Shown: positions 36,501 to 51,235 of the stretch, in pieces
Layout: each line of letters opens with the position of its first letter
Numbering within the stretch: the stretch's first letter is position 1
Assembly (NCBI GenBank): GCA_964035545.1
Contig: OZ037767.1
Coordinates: forward strand, 15,504,998-15,568,997
Source of the DNA: Bugula neritina
Lineage: Eukaryota; Animalia; Bryozoa
Direction: 5' to 3'
DNA length: 64,000 bases
Program-made: the position numbers and the translations under genes
The notes under the pieces: model-generated
Seen by the model: only the letters and a program-made list of their open reading frames with translations
Told to the model about the DNA's origin: nothing
Databases searched by the model: none

Positions 36501-38814
36501 TGAACTACTCGATGGCTGTTGTGGTGAAGCTGAAAAATGCTGACATAGAAGATGTAATGGAAAGACTTTGTTTTGCTTGTCCAGGTAAATCATTTGTACA
36601 AAATTAAAAGTCTATTATGATAACAGATGATCTAAAAATAAATTGCATATCTTAAGGCTTAGTGGTAATATAATATACTTTGAGCACAAATTTAAAAGAT
36701 TAAAAAGCCCTGCATTGCTTACCTAGTATATTATCTCTTTACACATATTAGAAAAAGAAGTCATCATAATTTTTTTACTACAGAACATAGTCAAATTATT
36801 ACATTTACTTTTACATGAATAATCAGTTTCTCAGTTTTTTTTCTTTATCTTCATGAACAAGCATTAACTTTGAAGACCTAAAAATAATGCACACAATTTT
36901 GAGGTATTTTTCTTCTTAAGTGTTTAAAATGTTTGACAGTTGGAAGAATATTTGGACATGATGTCAGTATGTTTCCTAGTTTTTCATATGGTTGAACTTG
37001 ATTTTTGTCATCCTCCTATACTCCTTAAGTGTGGAGTCCTGAATGTACACTTTTACTACGCTATTGTTCAGGGTTGTTTTAATTTTACTCTGTTACTTTA
37101 CTATATTTTAATCAACAAACCCCTAATTTATATTGATGGTATTTATGGTTATATTTTAGTCAAGCTGACCTAACACTTGTTCAGTTCAGGCTCATCAATG
37201 TATGTTTGGTTTAGAAAATTAAACTGCAATGTGAAGTATTCAGACTAGTTACTTAACTAAAAAATGCACTAAATGCAAGGAAATATTATGTTAATATTTG
37301 TTACCATAGTTCATTTCAAACTCATACATGTGATCAACAAAATACTTCATTTTGTTTTGCAGTGTAATCAAGATGAAATTATGAATGATGAAATTATGGA
37401 TGGCAGCCAATTTATTTTGACTATCAGACAAGGACTACAGTTTTTATGGTAATTTCAATTTTTGAATATATCTCTTATATTATACATAAAATGTTCACCT
37501 TCTGCTTTAATTTGCAGCCAGGTTTTACTCATGGCTGCTGTATTCAAGTCACCTCATCACACAGCCAATCTACAAGACTGTCATAAAAGTTGCTATTATA
37601 TTTTTTCACCAATTAATTAAAAGAAATAGAACTTCGGCTTCACAAGTGGTGTCACTCTCATACTCATTGTTTTACTTAATTTTGCCATCCTCCTATTCTT
37701 CACTGTATTCTTTTAGGTCGCAGTGTTCTGCACTAATCTATGATCTCTTTTGATTTTTAACCCCCATGTTTAAATGTTTTGGTCTTGCTCTCTTTCTCTG
37801 GAGTTTCACACTGATGTAGCTGATTCCCTTCTTGTTTTATTGTTCTCTGCTGCATAGGTGCCCATATTATTCCAGCCTTCTCTTTCCCACAAATATAGTT
37901 ACTGCATTTACTGCCGCCCTGTCTCAGATCCCTTCATTTCTGGGGACGAAGCAATATTCCGAAGGCCCATTGCTCCGAAGGTCCATTAGTCCGAAAATTA
38001 GTACACACAGGCATCCTCACTGAGAATATCATTAATATCACTCACAATTCAGTTTAAGTTCTTGCTATATTATTGATCTGTGGGTGGCATGCTGTTTGCC
38101 TATTTGTGATTGTTTAGCCTGAGATTACACTATGATCAATAAGGGCTGTATCAACATTCCATTATGGCTGCTCCATAAACAAAGTACACACCAAGCTATT
38201 CATTAGCCTGTCACCTCGCAAGCCTGTAATTAATAATGTACCGTACGCATAATCATGTTGATAGATGATGTAGCAAGTAGGCAACACACATGCCACCCAC
38301 AGAGCAATAACATAGCTAGAACTTAAACTGAATTGTAAGTGAAATTAATGATATTCTCATTGAGGATGCCTGTGTGTACTAATTTTCGGACTAATGGACC
38401 TTCGGAGCAATGGGCATTCAGAATATTGACTAGTTACCCTCATTGCTTATGTAGCACAACTCATCTCCATGAAACCTAATTGATCCTCTAGGTACTAAGA
38501 ACTAGGGGCTGTCTGCAGTCATAATTTATTGCCAAAAGACATTGTCAGTCAAATGCACATTTTATATCAGCATTTTCAATTTTGTTGGAGTCTTCTTGAT
38601 GGAGCCTTACCCTATTTCTTTTTCTACCCCTGTTTTGCATACTCTGTTGCTATGTGTCACTTCAATGAAACCATCGCCTCAACTTATTTAGTTTGACTGT
38701 TGAAATATATTTTGCTTTTACAGGTCTAAAAGAAAGTGGCCATTTGAGTTTAAGTGCAGCTTCACTATTGACAAGAACATCTACGTTAGAGAAGAAAAGC
38801 ATCTAGCTATATAA
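33568..38814 (+). other. Candidate exon chain (decayed gene or lncRNA)
   Basis: Canonical AG/GT-bounded blocks at about 33568-33717, 34905-35030, 36494-36584, 37363-37448 and from 38724. Internal stops; no recognisable domain. Confidence 0.35.
37942..38439. mobile_element. Foldback MITE with ~165-bp TIRs, 8-bp TSD
   Basis: 37942-38106 is an inverted copy of 38274-38439; flanks TCATTTCT / TCATTGCT (7/8). Confidence 0.85.
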
Positions 38815-41346
38815 TTAAGATGATTTGCAGTGATTTGCACCCTGATGTTACCCTACCAGTGGTTCTGTTGTCATACTATTGTTCTTTCATACCTTTGTAC
38901 TTTTTATTGTAAAGAGCTAGGCTTGAGCTCTGTAATAGGCAAGCCTACAATATATATTGACTGACCACAAATATGTCATCTCTCTCTCTCACATAATCGC
39001 ACTAGCATTGGTTCCAAAAACTCACACCTTAGTAATTAGATGCATAGCACAAAATTTTAGCAATAGGAGTATTGGTAAATTTTCCACATGAGTGGTGAGG
39101 AAATAACACTAACTTGAGACATTTCTAAAACTATGAACATTGCTTTGCAAATAATCTGTACAGACCAAAAAGCTATACTTATCGTCTTTTATTCAGTGCT
39201 ATAAGCCGGTATTTTTCAGAATTTTGGCCACAGCAAAGTGTTTTGCCTTTTTTTTGTACACATAATATTTGATTTGGAAAACTTGGAAGCTGCGGCTTAC
39301 ATGCACTGCATTTCATCATTCTCATTCAGAAATGAATTTCTCATCACCTCATGGAACTAATTACATACCAAAAGAAACCACAACTAATATGTTACTGCAA
39401 CTACGAATTCACACAATGCTCAGTCATAGAAGCAAGTAATAGAAATCTCAATGTCAGCCCTGGTCAATATTTACCTAAATGGCAACAAACAAATTTTACT
39501 GCACCATTTCAACAAGTTAAGAGGTAAAACGCCTATTCTTTTAATTTGATTGTTCAGCTTTATTTTATTTTTAGGTTGTGCTGGCTGGTGCAATAAAAAT
39601 ATATTTGGAAAGGCTTTAGTTTTATAGAGGAAAAACAGTGAAATAACTTTCGTTTTACCATGCACCCCTAATCAACGCTGTTGCAGTTTAAGAGCTTAGG
39701 CTAATAAAGTTTCTCAGCTAATTAATCCCACCTGCACACATCTTTACACATAATTATCAGTCATCTCAGCACCATGCAGTTTTTAGTTGCATATTTCAAG
39801 TTATTCTTTTATTGTAAATTAAGAGATAAAAACAAAAACTGCAGGGCTTACCTACAGCCAAGTAGAGAAATATTCAATGTGCTGTCAAAGGCAAACAAAC
39901 AACACGAACTATTATAATATGATATTAACTATATGCACATGTGCTATGCTTCTATTTATTTTTGAATTTTGGCTCAGATATGCTAAATACTCAAACTTGG
40001 CTTACTTCTTTTTCTATTCAGCTGTATAAGTCAATAGCTAGTATTTTAAGAATAAAGTTTCTACTTAAATAGAATTTCTATAGGGTAGTCTTTAGTATTA
40101 TACATTTTTTGTCTGCTAAAATTTATGTGCAAAGTAATATTTATAGTACTGTTTTGAAAGAATAACACACCATTTGGTGCAGGAATGTGGTCCCTATAAA
40201 AATGCAAGTGTTGGTGATGGAAGTAGTAAACCAATTGCTACTGCAAGTGTAGAGTAGTGTGACTTTCAGCCATGACAGAACGTACTTCAGAGCGTAATGA
40301 CATAGCATAACGTCAATAGTTGTGCATTACATGGATTAGTTGCCTGCTGGCCCGTTTGTAACACATTCTGTTAGTGCAAATAGTCGTAAACCAGTAGGCC
40401 TAATGGGGCTGCATTCGCGAACTATTAATAGTTAACATATTATGCCGACCACACTGTCATTAACCTTTGACCATATTAATTGTTTTCCATATGCCTATTG
40501 TGAACTGAAATATTATGTTAGCCGCAACGCGTTTGGTAAGCTTATCAGTTTAGCTTTAGCTATATAAGTACTTGTAAGCTCGCATGCTCCAGGCAATACC
40601 ATGGTAGGCCAACTGCTAGGACCATGACTAGTGCAGCCACAATTAATGTAACCAACCAGTTTTGACTGTATAGTGTGGCCATATGTTTGGCTTTGTTGGT
40701 ATTTTGTCAGAGTGCAAGTCTCAACTGATGCCATAAATTGCAATGTGAAAACTATCATGAATCAAGTAATATGTTAGTAAAGATATGCAAAACTGTATAG
40801 CAAGTCACAAAGTTATCTCAAAACAATCAGGGTTTCAAATTTCATCACTGATGGCCATAGCTCAAGCAAGTTGAATGTCATTGCAACAAAAGATATAAAA
40901 AATGAAGCAACTTGTGTTCTCCAAAAAATTAGTTATTGTACAAAATTTACATCTAATATTAGTTTAGATCTTTTCATGATTTGCTGACGTAAACCTAAAA
41001 TTGAGGCTGCATGTGTTCTTAAACCAAAGTGTGCTCACCTATAAAAGATAATTTGACTTGTCAATCTATTATCTAGTACATCAGTACCATAGCTCTGACC
41101 ACTGGCTGTGCCTTAGTAATAATATACAAACTACTTATTTCTAACTGTTAGTTCATTTAATCAAGATACCTTTACAAGTAGCAACGGAGTCATAGGCTAA
41201 TTTTAAAACAAGATTGCAATCCACTGCTAGTGAACACCCTGATGGAATATAACCCACTCATTTCTCTAGCTAAGGAGTCTAGCTGCATGTTGTTTATATT
41301 ATTATAATATAGTTGCTCATGTATTAGCTTTCTTCTGCAGATGATG

Positions 41347-41420
41347 AATTGGCTTAGTGGTAAACAGTGTCTCCTATGCACCCTGTAGGTATGGGTTCAA
41401 GCCTCAGCAAAAGCAAATTT
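41347..41420 (+). mobile_element. tRNA-derived SINE head
   Basis: A box TGGCTTAGTGG and B box GGTTCAAGCC at tRNA-like spacing, without a clean cloverleaf. Confidence 0.5.
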
Positions 41421-41875
41421 TTTTACAATCTACTCTTGCCAAATACTTCCACTACATTTTTTATACTAATTTTACACAATGATATGCGTAATAATAGTGA
41501 TGGGTCAAATATGACTATAACTGTAGCATTTCTTTCACTTTTCAAATATCATTCAACATGCAGGTGGACAATATATATAGTACATGCATATTAGTTAGAT
41601 ACTGAACACTAGGCTAAATATAGTGTTTAATTAATAAGTAAATATTGAGAGTTGGTGCAATAATAGAGGAATTAAGTTATGTTCTTGTGATTACATTTTT
41701 ATTAACCCGCACCCTACGCTAAAATTTATTATCCAGATAAGGAAGGTTAGGCTATCAAAGCTTTTAAATTACTGCACAGAAGTGTAAAAATAGCAGCCTA
41801 GCTATTTCTTCTTGTAATAATGAAATGACATTCATTATGTATATAGGCATATATATCGTCTATACCTACATACAT

Positions 41876-42065
<190 letters not shown>

Positions 42066-42495
42066 TTTTTTTTTAATTCTGTTACATCATATTTTAGCTT
42101 TAAAACATGCATGTTATGTGCATTTGTTTATCACACCCATGCAGTAAATATGTCAAAAATTCCTTACTTTTGGTACCTAAAATTTCTTTTAAAATATAAG
42201 CAGCTATATATAGAGCATTTTTTCAAGTTAAAAAATATGTATATATATTTTTTAACTATGTTTTAAAAGGAATACAAATATGTAAACCCCAAAGCAGTGA
42301 TTGCCTTCTTTCAATGCCATATTTTTGATGACACTAAGAAAGAAGGTGATAATGCAACTCCTAAGAGCATGTTGCACTATGTCGTTCCTCTGTTTGCGAG
42401 TATACCATTTGTATTAATGTATGAAGTCTTCAACATATATTTCAACTTATTTTTGCAAGTAACTCGTGACAGTAAACTATATGCTTGCCTTTCTT

Positions 42496-42866
<371 letters not shown>

Positions 42867-44836
42867 AAAAATGCAGCACTCATAATAGTTGTTATTTTAT
42901 GAACAGCTTACTATAGCTACAGTTATATGTAATTGCATAGGAATGTTGCAAGTGTATGCTAAAAGATGGTATACAAAACATGTTGACGAATTTGTTGTGG
43001 AGAAATTTAAATAATTACTTAGCATGTTCATGTACAAATCAGAAACACCAAGTTGTAGGCATATATTTCAAATAGTATGCATGAATTTGCAAAAGAAAAT
43101 GTAACCTAAACTCTACCAACGTTGTGTTTCTTAAAGTTAGGAGATATTTACCAACAAAGCAAAAAATTAAAACCTATACTTTCACTATGAGTATATATGT
43201 TTTATATATGTGCTCATTTTGTATATACTGCACAATATGTTATATACAATGTTAAACCAAAAGAATCAGAACTTTATAGTGTAATACAGGCACATCTACA
43301 ATGTTAACAAATATAACGTTAAAAACAAGAAACAAAATTGTTGGTCTCTTTTACTTAATTTTTTACAAGCAGAAACTTATTATTGCCGCAAACTAAATTT
43401 AAATGCTGAGGTTCGTAAAGGTATATGCTTGTTAAATTATTTCACATTTGTTTATATTCTACAAATAATTTCTACATCTTTTCTAAATGCGATATTTCTT
43501 TTCGTCTACTACATGCAGCTCATTATATGCATATGTATATACAACGCAGCATAAAATTTTATAATACTAAGCAAAAAATGCTAGAAAATATTAAAATTTT
43601 ACAAGATGATATTATATTATGGTGGCAATAAAGTTGTAATAGACTATTATTTAATGAGAAGACAATTATGTTTTTATAATGAAGATTGATAAATTTATAA
43701 TATGAGCTGAAATTGAGTGAGAAGACAATTATGCTTTCAAAATACTTACAAGACTAAATTCTTATCTAATAGCTACAGTAATTAATATCTTTTGTTTAGA
43801 ACAAAGTCTAAAAGGAGCGGATTTAAATAAAAATTCAGACCTGCATTTGTTAAAGCTTTTCAATCAAAATTATTACATTATATTATTTTTTCTCATAACT
43901 CCTAGCTCCTAAAAACCTTTCAAATAAAAAAATTGATTTTGAATGCAAATTACTGCTAGAAATTGTCGTGTTAATGTCAACCCTAACTGTATCCACCACT
44001 TGTTATAGTTGTTACGATCGTTGCCTAACCAATGAAGTTGAACTGGTTGTACCTCCAGCCAATCAATTACTTATTTTAATTGCGCCTCGTTAGGCGAGGA
44101 TCGTTGACGAAATCTATATAATATAATACAAACCCCATTACCACTGATTGACCCGAAGTTCTCTACGACTTCTGTAGTGGTATAGGATAATAGATATACT
44201 GGCAATTATATAAATGCTATTTGCTTATTTTAGGCCAGATGTATGCTGGTTTGCAGGATGGCAGAGAATGCTTCTGTGGTACAACCTTTGACCTCTATGG
44301 AGCTCTAGACGAATCAAGTTGTAGCAGTAGATGCACGGGGAATACAAGTCAGATATGTATGGGGGAAGATGGGCAAACAGTGTATACAGAGCACTGTCAG
44401 GTAAGATGAGACATTTTTAGATAAAATGAGAAAAAATCTTTAAGTAATACATGGAATTAGAATTTTTTAATCTTCAAGACATCAAGTTTTATTTAACCAA
44501 GTATTTAATTTTGCAGATGATAATAGTTTTAAAAAATTGGCTGATAGCGAAATAGCTTTTAAAGGAATATTAAAATAATTAAATTCAATTACGAAAGTTT
44601 GAATGATTTGACCGTACTTCTGACAAAAAATAATAATACCATAATTATTTAATTATTACCAAATAATAATTTTTTTAATCTATAGCTACATTGTTTAGTT
44701 TATTTTCACATTCTTGTAAGTAACAGTATGGTATAGTACAGTATATAACATGTTTTTTGTTGAATCGTGTAAAATTCTTGTTACTTTATGATAAATTATA
44801 ATAACTTTGCTGCTTCCAATATGCTAAATAAATGTA

Positions 44837-46607
44837 CAGTGCTGTGAAAAAGTTTAAGGACGCCTCATTGTTTTCCATAATAGCAATGTTCCAAGCTAAT
44901 TTCAAGGCATAACAAAAGCATTTCCATATAGGCATGATGTCTATCAAAATGTTCCTCAAGATCTTCTTATTTCATTTATATAAATTATTGGTGTTTTTTT
45001 CACTTTCTTCCAAAATTTGAGTGAAACAATGAGATACTATGCATATATGGGAATTATTCAATGTTTTCACAATTTGTGTGTACTGTAGGACATCAGAATA
45101 GTTTACTTGAAATATAGAAAAATATTGTTTGTGAATTGTTATACACATTATAGCAGCATTGCAACACACAGTGCTTTAAATTTTAGTATCAATGTTTTGT
45201 TGGCCAGCCTTTATTCTCAATCACAAGTCGACAGCGAGGAGGCATCGACTCGTACAGCTTCTCTAATTCGTTTTCAGCCACGACATGATGCCATGCATGA
45301 ATTACAGGCTCTATGAGTGTCACCTTAGTTGTTGGCTTCTGTGAAGTACTATTTTAGTCATTCTTGACCATGAATTTCTTATTGGGTTTAATTCCCAGCT
45401 TTGTGCTGGCCACTTAAGCATTGAGACCCTCTGCTTTTTCATCCACTCTTAAACAGTTTTTGCCCAATGGCATGGTGCATTGTCATCTTCAAATATGTTA
45501 ATTTCATTTAAAAAGAAGTTTTTTATGATTGGAAGAAGTGTAGCATTGAAATTCTCCATATATTTTGGAGCATTAACATCATTCCAGAGCAATTACTGAG
45601 TTGACCTACACCTTTTGATGTTATACAACCCCAGAACATAACACCGATAAGGTGCTTAATTGTTCGAAGAATACATTAGGGGTTATATTTCTCATACTGG
45701 TATCTTCTAACAAAACAGTTTCCAGCATGATTGTTTACATTAAATGTGGATTCATCTGAAGTAATTACTTTTTTGTAATCATTCACTATCTAACTACCAT
45801 GCTCCTTGGCCCACCGTAGCCGGTTTTTTGCTACTTCTCGGTTAGTAGAGGCTTCCTTCTTGCTTTGCAACCTCGTAGACCATGGCTCAGCAATCTTTGC
45901 CTTATCTGGGATGCCGAAGCTGCTGTTCCTGTTGATTCTGGGCATTCTTTGCTAACTCAGAACTTATTTTATGACGATCCTTCTGTCTGATCCTAATGAG
46001 AACCTTGTCATCTCTAGGTATGCTTATTCTTGGTCGTCCACTTCCAGGTTGATCTGCTACACTGCCAGTCTCCATGAACTTCTCGATAATTTGATGTACA
46101 GTTGTCTTCGCTTTGCCAACCTTTTCAGGTAATTTTCTAACTAAATAACCTTCCTTACACAAGAAAATTATTACAAACCTTGCTTTTGAAGTAAGATTTA
46201 CATCTCTCATTTTGTCTATGGCAGCACCTAAGTGGACGCCATGTAAAAGCTTACAACTGAATGACAGATTTTAAATTATGAAATAAAGTCATACTTTATG
46301 ATATCATGATGCCATGCACAAAGTCAAATTTCACTGTTTAGCCTTTTGTGGTTATCATAAGCGATAAACTTTGGAAACATAAAAACACAGGAGTTGCGCT
46401 TTCCTAGCTACTTGTGTGGTTAGCCCGAAAATGGGTAGAAAACATTGCAGCAGTAAAAATTTATGAAGTAGAAATTGTAGTGCACATTCTAAAGATCATA
46501 TTGATATATAGAACTTGCAGGAAAGTACTAAGAACTTCCAAGAAATGCCTATTAAACAAAATACAGAGAAATTTCTGCAAGCGTCCTTAAGCTTTTTCAC
46601 AGCACTG
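44837..46607 (-). mobile_element. Tc1/mariner DNA transposon (in intron of WSC gene copy 1)
   Basis: 27-bp TIRs CAGTGCTGTGAAAAAG(T/C)TTAAGGACGC, TA on both sides. Confidence 0.95.
45189..46210 (-). pseudogene. Tc1 (DD34E-type) transposase, frameshifted
   Basis: HTH region with GSGRPR, then VITSDESTF, MFWGCI, FEDDNAPCH and degenerate WPAQSWELNPIRNSW in other frames. Confidence 0.9.
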
Positions 46608-48171
46608 TACATATCTTTAGTATGTTCAAGCTTGCTGACCCAAATAATTATGTATGTTTTAAGATATATGTAATACATATTTATTTATTTAGTAATATTT
46701 ACTTCTGTGTTTTTATGAGTTTCTAGAATCATACTTTTATTGTTACATTATTTATTATTGTGCTATTTTTAGAAAATGTCAAAACACGAAAAAACAAACC
46801 CGCAAACTTAGTCCAAGTCAGAAATATTGAAGTTAGAGAAATAAGTGATGACATCATATCCTTTATCGAACATCCGGCTGATTCTACTAAAATATTAGCG
46901 GCTACATCAAAACAACTTGTAGAGATCAATCACCATGGAGACTGTATAGCAGTAGCTGGTGTGCAGCTACAAGGTTGTGCCTATCAATCGAATGAATTTT
47001 CTTTTTCCTCAATCGGTCATTTTATTTATGCCCATTTCAACAAACTGAAAGTCTCTCACAGTCTTTTCAACAAATCAGCCATTTTGGTTGCTGATGCAGG
47101 TAATCACTGCGTAAAGTTTCTCATTCTAAAAAATTTATCATCTTTTGAGTTTGAAAATTCAATAAATGACTACCATGTTGGTAAGTGTGGATCTTTTAAA
47201 AAAGAATCGTTCTTGGAGAGCCTTCAAAGTTTAGTTGATCTTAAAGAAATGGAGCTGAACACCCCAAAACATCTTTCTCTGTACCATGACTCTGAGACTA
47301 TCAGACTGGTTGTTAACTGTGTACTGACTGAAGTATACTCTGTTATTGTTGGTATCTATCCAACTCACACTGTAGCATATGAGTACAGTGGACACCCTGG
47401 GTATGTAACTGATGTTTCTGAAAATCTCTATTGGCCATTATTTCGATCAAAAGGATTGAAAAGTCTTTCAACTGATAACAGCACATCAATAAACCAAATC
47501 ATTGTCATTAATGGGAGTTACTCAACTACTGCAAATTATCATTGTAATTCCAGAAACAGTTCTGCTATTCCTAGACTGTTTCAAAGTTGGCCTTTAGTTA
47601 TTGCAAATGGTGAATTGAAATCTCTGGTTTATAATTCGACAAGCAGTGAAATCAAACTAACTAACATAAATATTGCTAATCTTTCTACAAAAACACCCCC
47701 TGAATTTAGCCAGTTTACTATGACAAAGGAATCCAATCAAATTATTCTCTACAATCAAAGCCTAAAGAAATTTTATTATGCAAAGGCATTTTCTCGCTAT
47801 CGGAAAATTCTGGAAATGTTCTGTAGTGACTATGTAATAGCAAAAGCCATTGTGGGTGGACCTGAAAGTTGTGCTTACATCTGCAGTAAATATGGTAGTC
47901 AGTGTGTTGCTTTTTCTGTTAATGATTATGATAATTCTTGCTACATTCATGACCACTTTGACTTGGCCGATGCCTACATATTGGATGACTCAGCTTGTTA
48001 TTTATCTATAACATAATTATAACGTATAATTTTATAGTTGAACACCACTTTCTGATGACAACATTAGTGATGCTTTATTTTAATTTATGTTAATTTTTAT
48101 TAATCATAATTATATTATTTTCATTCAATCAAATAGTTTTTGGATATGATACACAGTGGCTTTTGAAAATT

Positions 48172-48378
48172 ATGTGTGTGTGCGTTGTGTGCGTTGTGTG
48201 CGTTGTGTGCGTTGTGTGCGTTGTGTGCGTTGTGTGAGTTGTGTGCGTTGTGTGCGTTGTGTGCGTTGTGTGCGTTGTGTGCGTTGTGTGCGTTGTGTGC
48301 GTTGTGTGCGGTGTGTGCGGTGTGTGCGATGTGTGCGGTGTGTCCGGTGTGTGCGGTGTGTGCGGTTTGTGTGTGTGT
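48172..48378. repeat. 9-bp tandem repeat (GTGCGTTGT)n
   Basis: Direct reading; ~20 units with variants at the 3' end. Confidence 0.95.
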
Positions 48379-48631
48379 AAATAAAGTATTCTATATACAG
48401 AGTATGTATTTATTACAGACTACAGATTTCTATATTATATTTGTGTGTCTATAAAATTCAATAAAATACAAATCAATGATATTATTTATTTGAAGCTTAT
48501 TTGGGAATTTGTTATTAAATATGTGTGTGTGTGAGTATATTATATATATAATTATATTATAGATATAATATAATTATAGATATAGAATACTTCTAAATAA
48601 AAAATAGTTATAGATATAAACAGGTTATCGG

Positions 48632-48803
48632 TGTAGAATAGTTATAGATATAGAATAGTTATAGATATAGAATAGTTATAGATACAGACTAGTTATAAGT
48701 ATTGTATAGTTATATAAGTATAGAATAGTTATAAATATAGAATAGTTATAGATGTAGAATAGTTATAATTATAGAATAGTTATAAATGTAGAATAGTTAT
48801 ATA
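48632..48803. repeat. 18-bp minisatellite (TAGAATAGTTATAGATA-like)
   Basis: About 9 degenerate units. Confidence 0.85.
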
Positions 48804-50211
48804 TATAAAAGTGCAGCAGTCAATAATTTAAACAACCTTACAAACACATCATTATATATCTTATACACAAACATTCACCAGATATATTTAATAATTTATG
48901 ATGCACATGGTCAAACATGCAATTAATATTGCTAATATTTAACTTTAAATACGTTATTACTAATATTGTTTACATGAGTGCATTTGTTGAAAAGAATGGT
49001 AATAACAGTTATAAAAGACAATTAAAATTTTTACTGGGTTATGTAATATACTTTGTTTATCTGCATGTTTCTTTTAATTACCAAATATATAAAATAATAT
49101 TTTAATGAACACAAAGTTATTCACTGTTTCACAAATTTGTTTTCTTATGATCAATAGGTTTTTCCACACTTTTTGTATTTGTAAAATAAAAATTTCTAGA
49201 TTTATTAGCTTAATATTAAACAGTGTCTGTTTATATTTTTAAAAATAGACAGTGTTTATTTTAATCATTCTCAAGAAACTTAGGTAGGTAAAAAATAAAC
49301 TATCAAAAATTGAAAATTAATTGCCAAATCCAAGATACATCAATTCAATATTACATTTAAATTTATAAAACAAATGATTTTCTGTTTTTGATAATAGATT
49401 TTTTTGTTTTATTATACAAGCTCTTTTGTAAAAAAATGCTTTTTGTAGTTATTAATATATTTTAAGAAATGATTACAGTTTCAAAAGTGGTCAAATTACT
49501 GCAGCTGCTTGGCTTCAGTGAAACAACTCTTGTTGCTTAAAGCTAATGGGCTTTGAAATTATGTTTGTTATAGAAGGATTATTAATGTAAATATCTATAG
49601 AAGCTTGTAGACTAAGACTTAGTGCCTTGTGATTAAATATCATTTTACAAATATCTTAAACACTGACGTATAACTGACAACAAAAAAGGTATTCTTTCAT
49701 GTTTGAATATTGGAACTGAAAATTATTGATTAATTTTTAATTTTTATTATATAAACAAAACATGGAAGTTTACTATACATTTAAAAACTTTAAGCTACAA
49801 AGCAACACTAAGTACAACAATTTCAGACCAGCTATAGAGATCAAATCTTGAAAAATAAAATCTAATCCTGTCAAGATACTGAAGTCAGGTATTATGAGCA
49901 TTACATATATTTATATACCTACATTTAACTTTCTATGTTTTACCTTTTACATGCAGTTTAGGCTTTATGATTTACAAATTTTATTTTGTATTCCACATTT
50001 TGCACTCTGTATTTTATATTCTGATTTTCATATTGCACATTTTGTGTTTTATGCTCTACGTTTCACCTTCCATGTGTGACATTCTACATTTTAAGTTTTA
50101 CATTTCGTATTCTAAATATCGTATCATATTAGAGGTAATGTTTTATATATTTTAGTAAAACGATCGTAATATCACAGCCTCGCACTTAGAGTATAAATTT
50201 TATAGGCATAT

Positions 50212-50480
50212 TGTAACGGGCGTGGTTTACTCGTCTCGCGCACCCCCTGCCAATCACAGAGAGTGATAGATAACAATTGTATTAAGCCAAGCAGTAGTAG
50301 TTAGTTAGCATGTAGCAACAGTGATGTAAAGCAGTAATTACCGTGATACTTAGAGATATTTTCATGTTTTATTATATACTTGTAATAAAGATTCCAAGTG
50401 AAACTACGATTGTATTGTCTGTGACTAAATGATAATTGGACTCACTAGAAGCCCACATAATTATTGTGCATCGCACAACA
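50212..50480 (+). repeat. 5' LTR of element C (start inferred)
   Basis: TGTAACGGG...CGCACAACA with CCAAT and AATAAA, followed by the PBS; no full second copy to confirm the start. Confidence 0.65.
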
Positions 50481-50481
50481 G

Positions 50482-50499
50482 TGGTGGCAGCGGTGGGAT
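50482..50499 (+). promoter_or_regulatory. Primer binding site, tRNA-Leu
   Basis: TGGTGGCAGCGGTGGGAT. Confidence 0.88.
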
Positions 50500-50532
50500 A
50501 TTTCTAGCTGAGACAATGAACAGACGGGAAAC

Positions 50533-51235
50533 ATGACAGAACACACAACAAAACACCCGGGAGGTAAGCCAGCCAATTTTTTTGCATATAGAGGAGGTGT
50601 ATAGAGATAAACTGACCGCTCCCACCTTCACGGGTGTAGAAGATGTGGAGCAATTCATCGAGGAATTCCACGATGTGGTAGACGTCGCTCAGTGGCCGCC
50701 ACAAGTAGCCCTCGTCAAACTGCGGGAGGTATTGACGGAGCGCGCTAGACAGTTCGGACAGGGACGGAGCGTGGCGGAGATATTCACTGCACTACGGAGC
50801 CGTTTTGGCACCTCCGCCCTGGAAGCCAGGGCCCGTCTACAAGTGCTACGCCAAGCGGAAGACACTCCACTCCGTGACCACGTTGCCTTAGTGAAGAGAC
50901 TGGCACGGAGCGCGTACAGCGACCTGCCAGAAACACACCGACGGAACTTTACTCTCATTGACTTCATGCAGTCCCTGAAAGATGTGGGTCTCTACCACCA
51001 ACTAAAGGCGAAGGGAGTGACCACCTTAGAGAGTGCCCTCCAAGTCGGGGAAGACTACCTCCGGGCCGAACAGCTATATACCGAGAAAGCAGAAGGCAAG
51101 CAAGTCACCGCGGCGGTAGCCCAATCACTCGGAGAGAAGATGGGCCGGTTGACCGTCAGACTGAAACAGATGGCAAAGACCCTTACCGATGCCGGGCCCC
51201 CCAGCCGAGGACCAAAGGGAGAGACCCCAGAGTGA
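50533..51235 (+). pseudogene. gag: Element C Gag, frameshifted in T-run near 50577-50583, no CCHC
   Basis: APTFTG...WPPQVAL...EARARLQ capsid motifs shared with A and B; the ATG at 50533 is out of frame with the main ORF. Confidence 0.8.

Larger units (their letters stand above)
44234..48016 (+). pseudogene. WSC-domain / NHL-like / PAN-like gene, copy 1 (exons 44234-44400, 46773-48016; first exon not found)
   Basis: YAGLQDGRECFCG...C..RCTGNTSQIC(GGRWANSVY) WSC half with a 2-nt insertion near 44359. Large exon carries ILVADAGNHC and C-terminal ESCAYICSKYGSQCVAFSV...SCYIH. Confidence 0.7.

Noticed and set aside
41347-41420. Functional tRNA gene
   Set aside because: A and B boxes are present but acceptor and anticodon stems do not pair convincingly; treated as a SINE head.
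44010-44180. Possible Helitron 5' end or small inverted-repeat element
   Set aside because: Only a 16-bp imperfect inverted repeat and a TCTATATAAT start; no 3' hairpin/CTRR end identified.
48156-48454. CVR/CAL-repeat metallothionein-like ORFs
   Set aside because: 9-bp tandem repeat downstream of the WSC gene stop.
48632-48803. CRISPR-like array (also 61900-62038)
   Set aside because: Head-to-tail minisatellites without unique spacers, in eukaryotic context with no cas genes.
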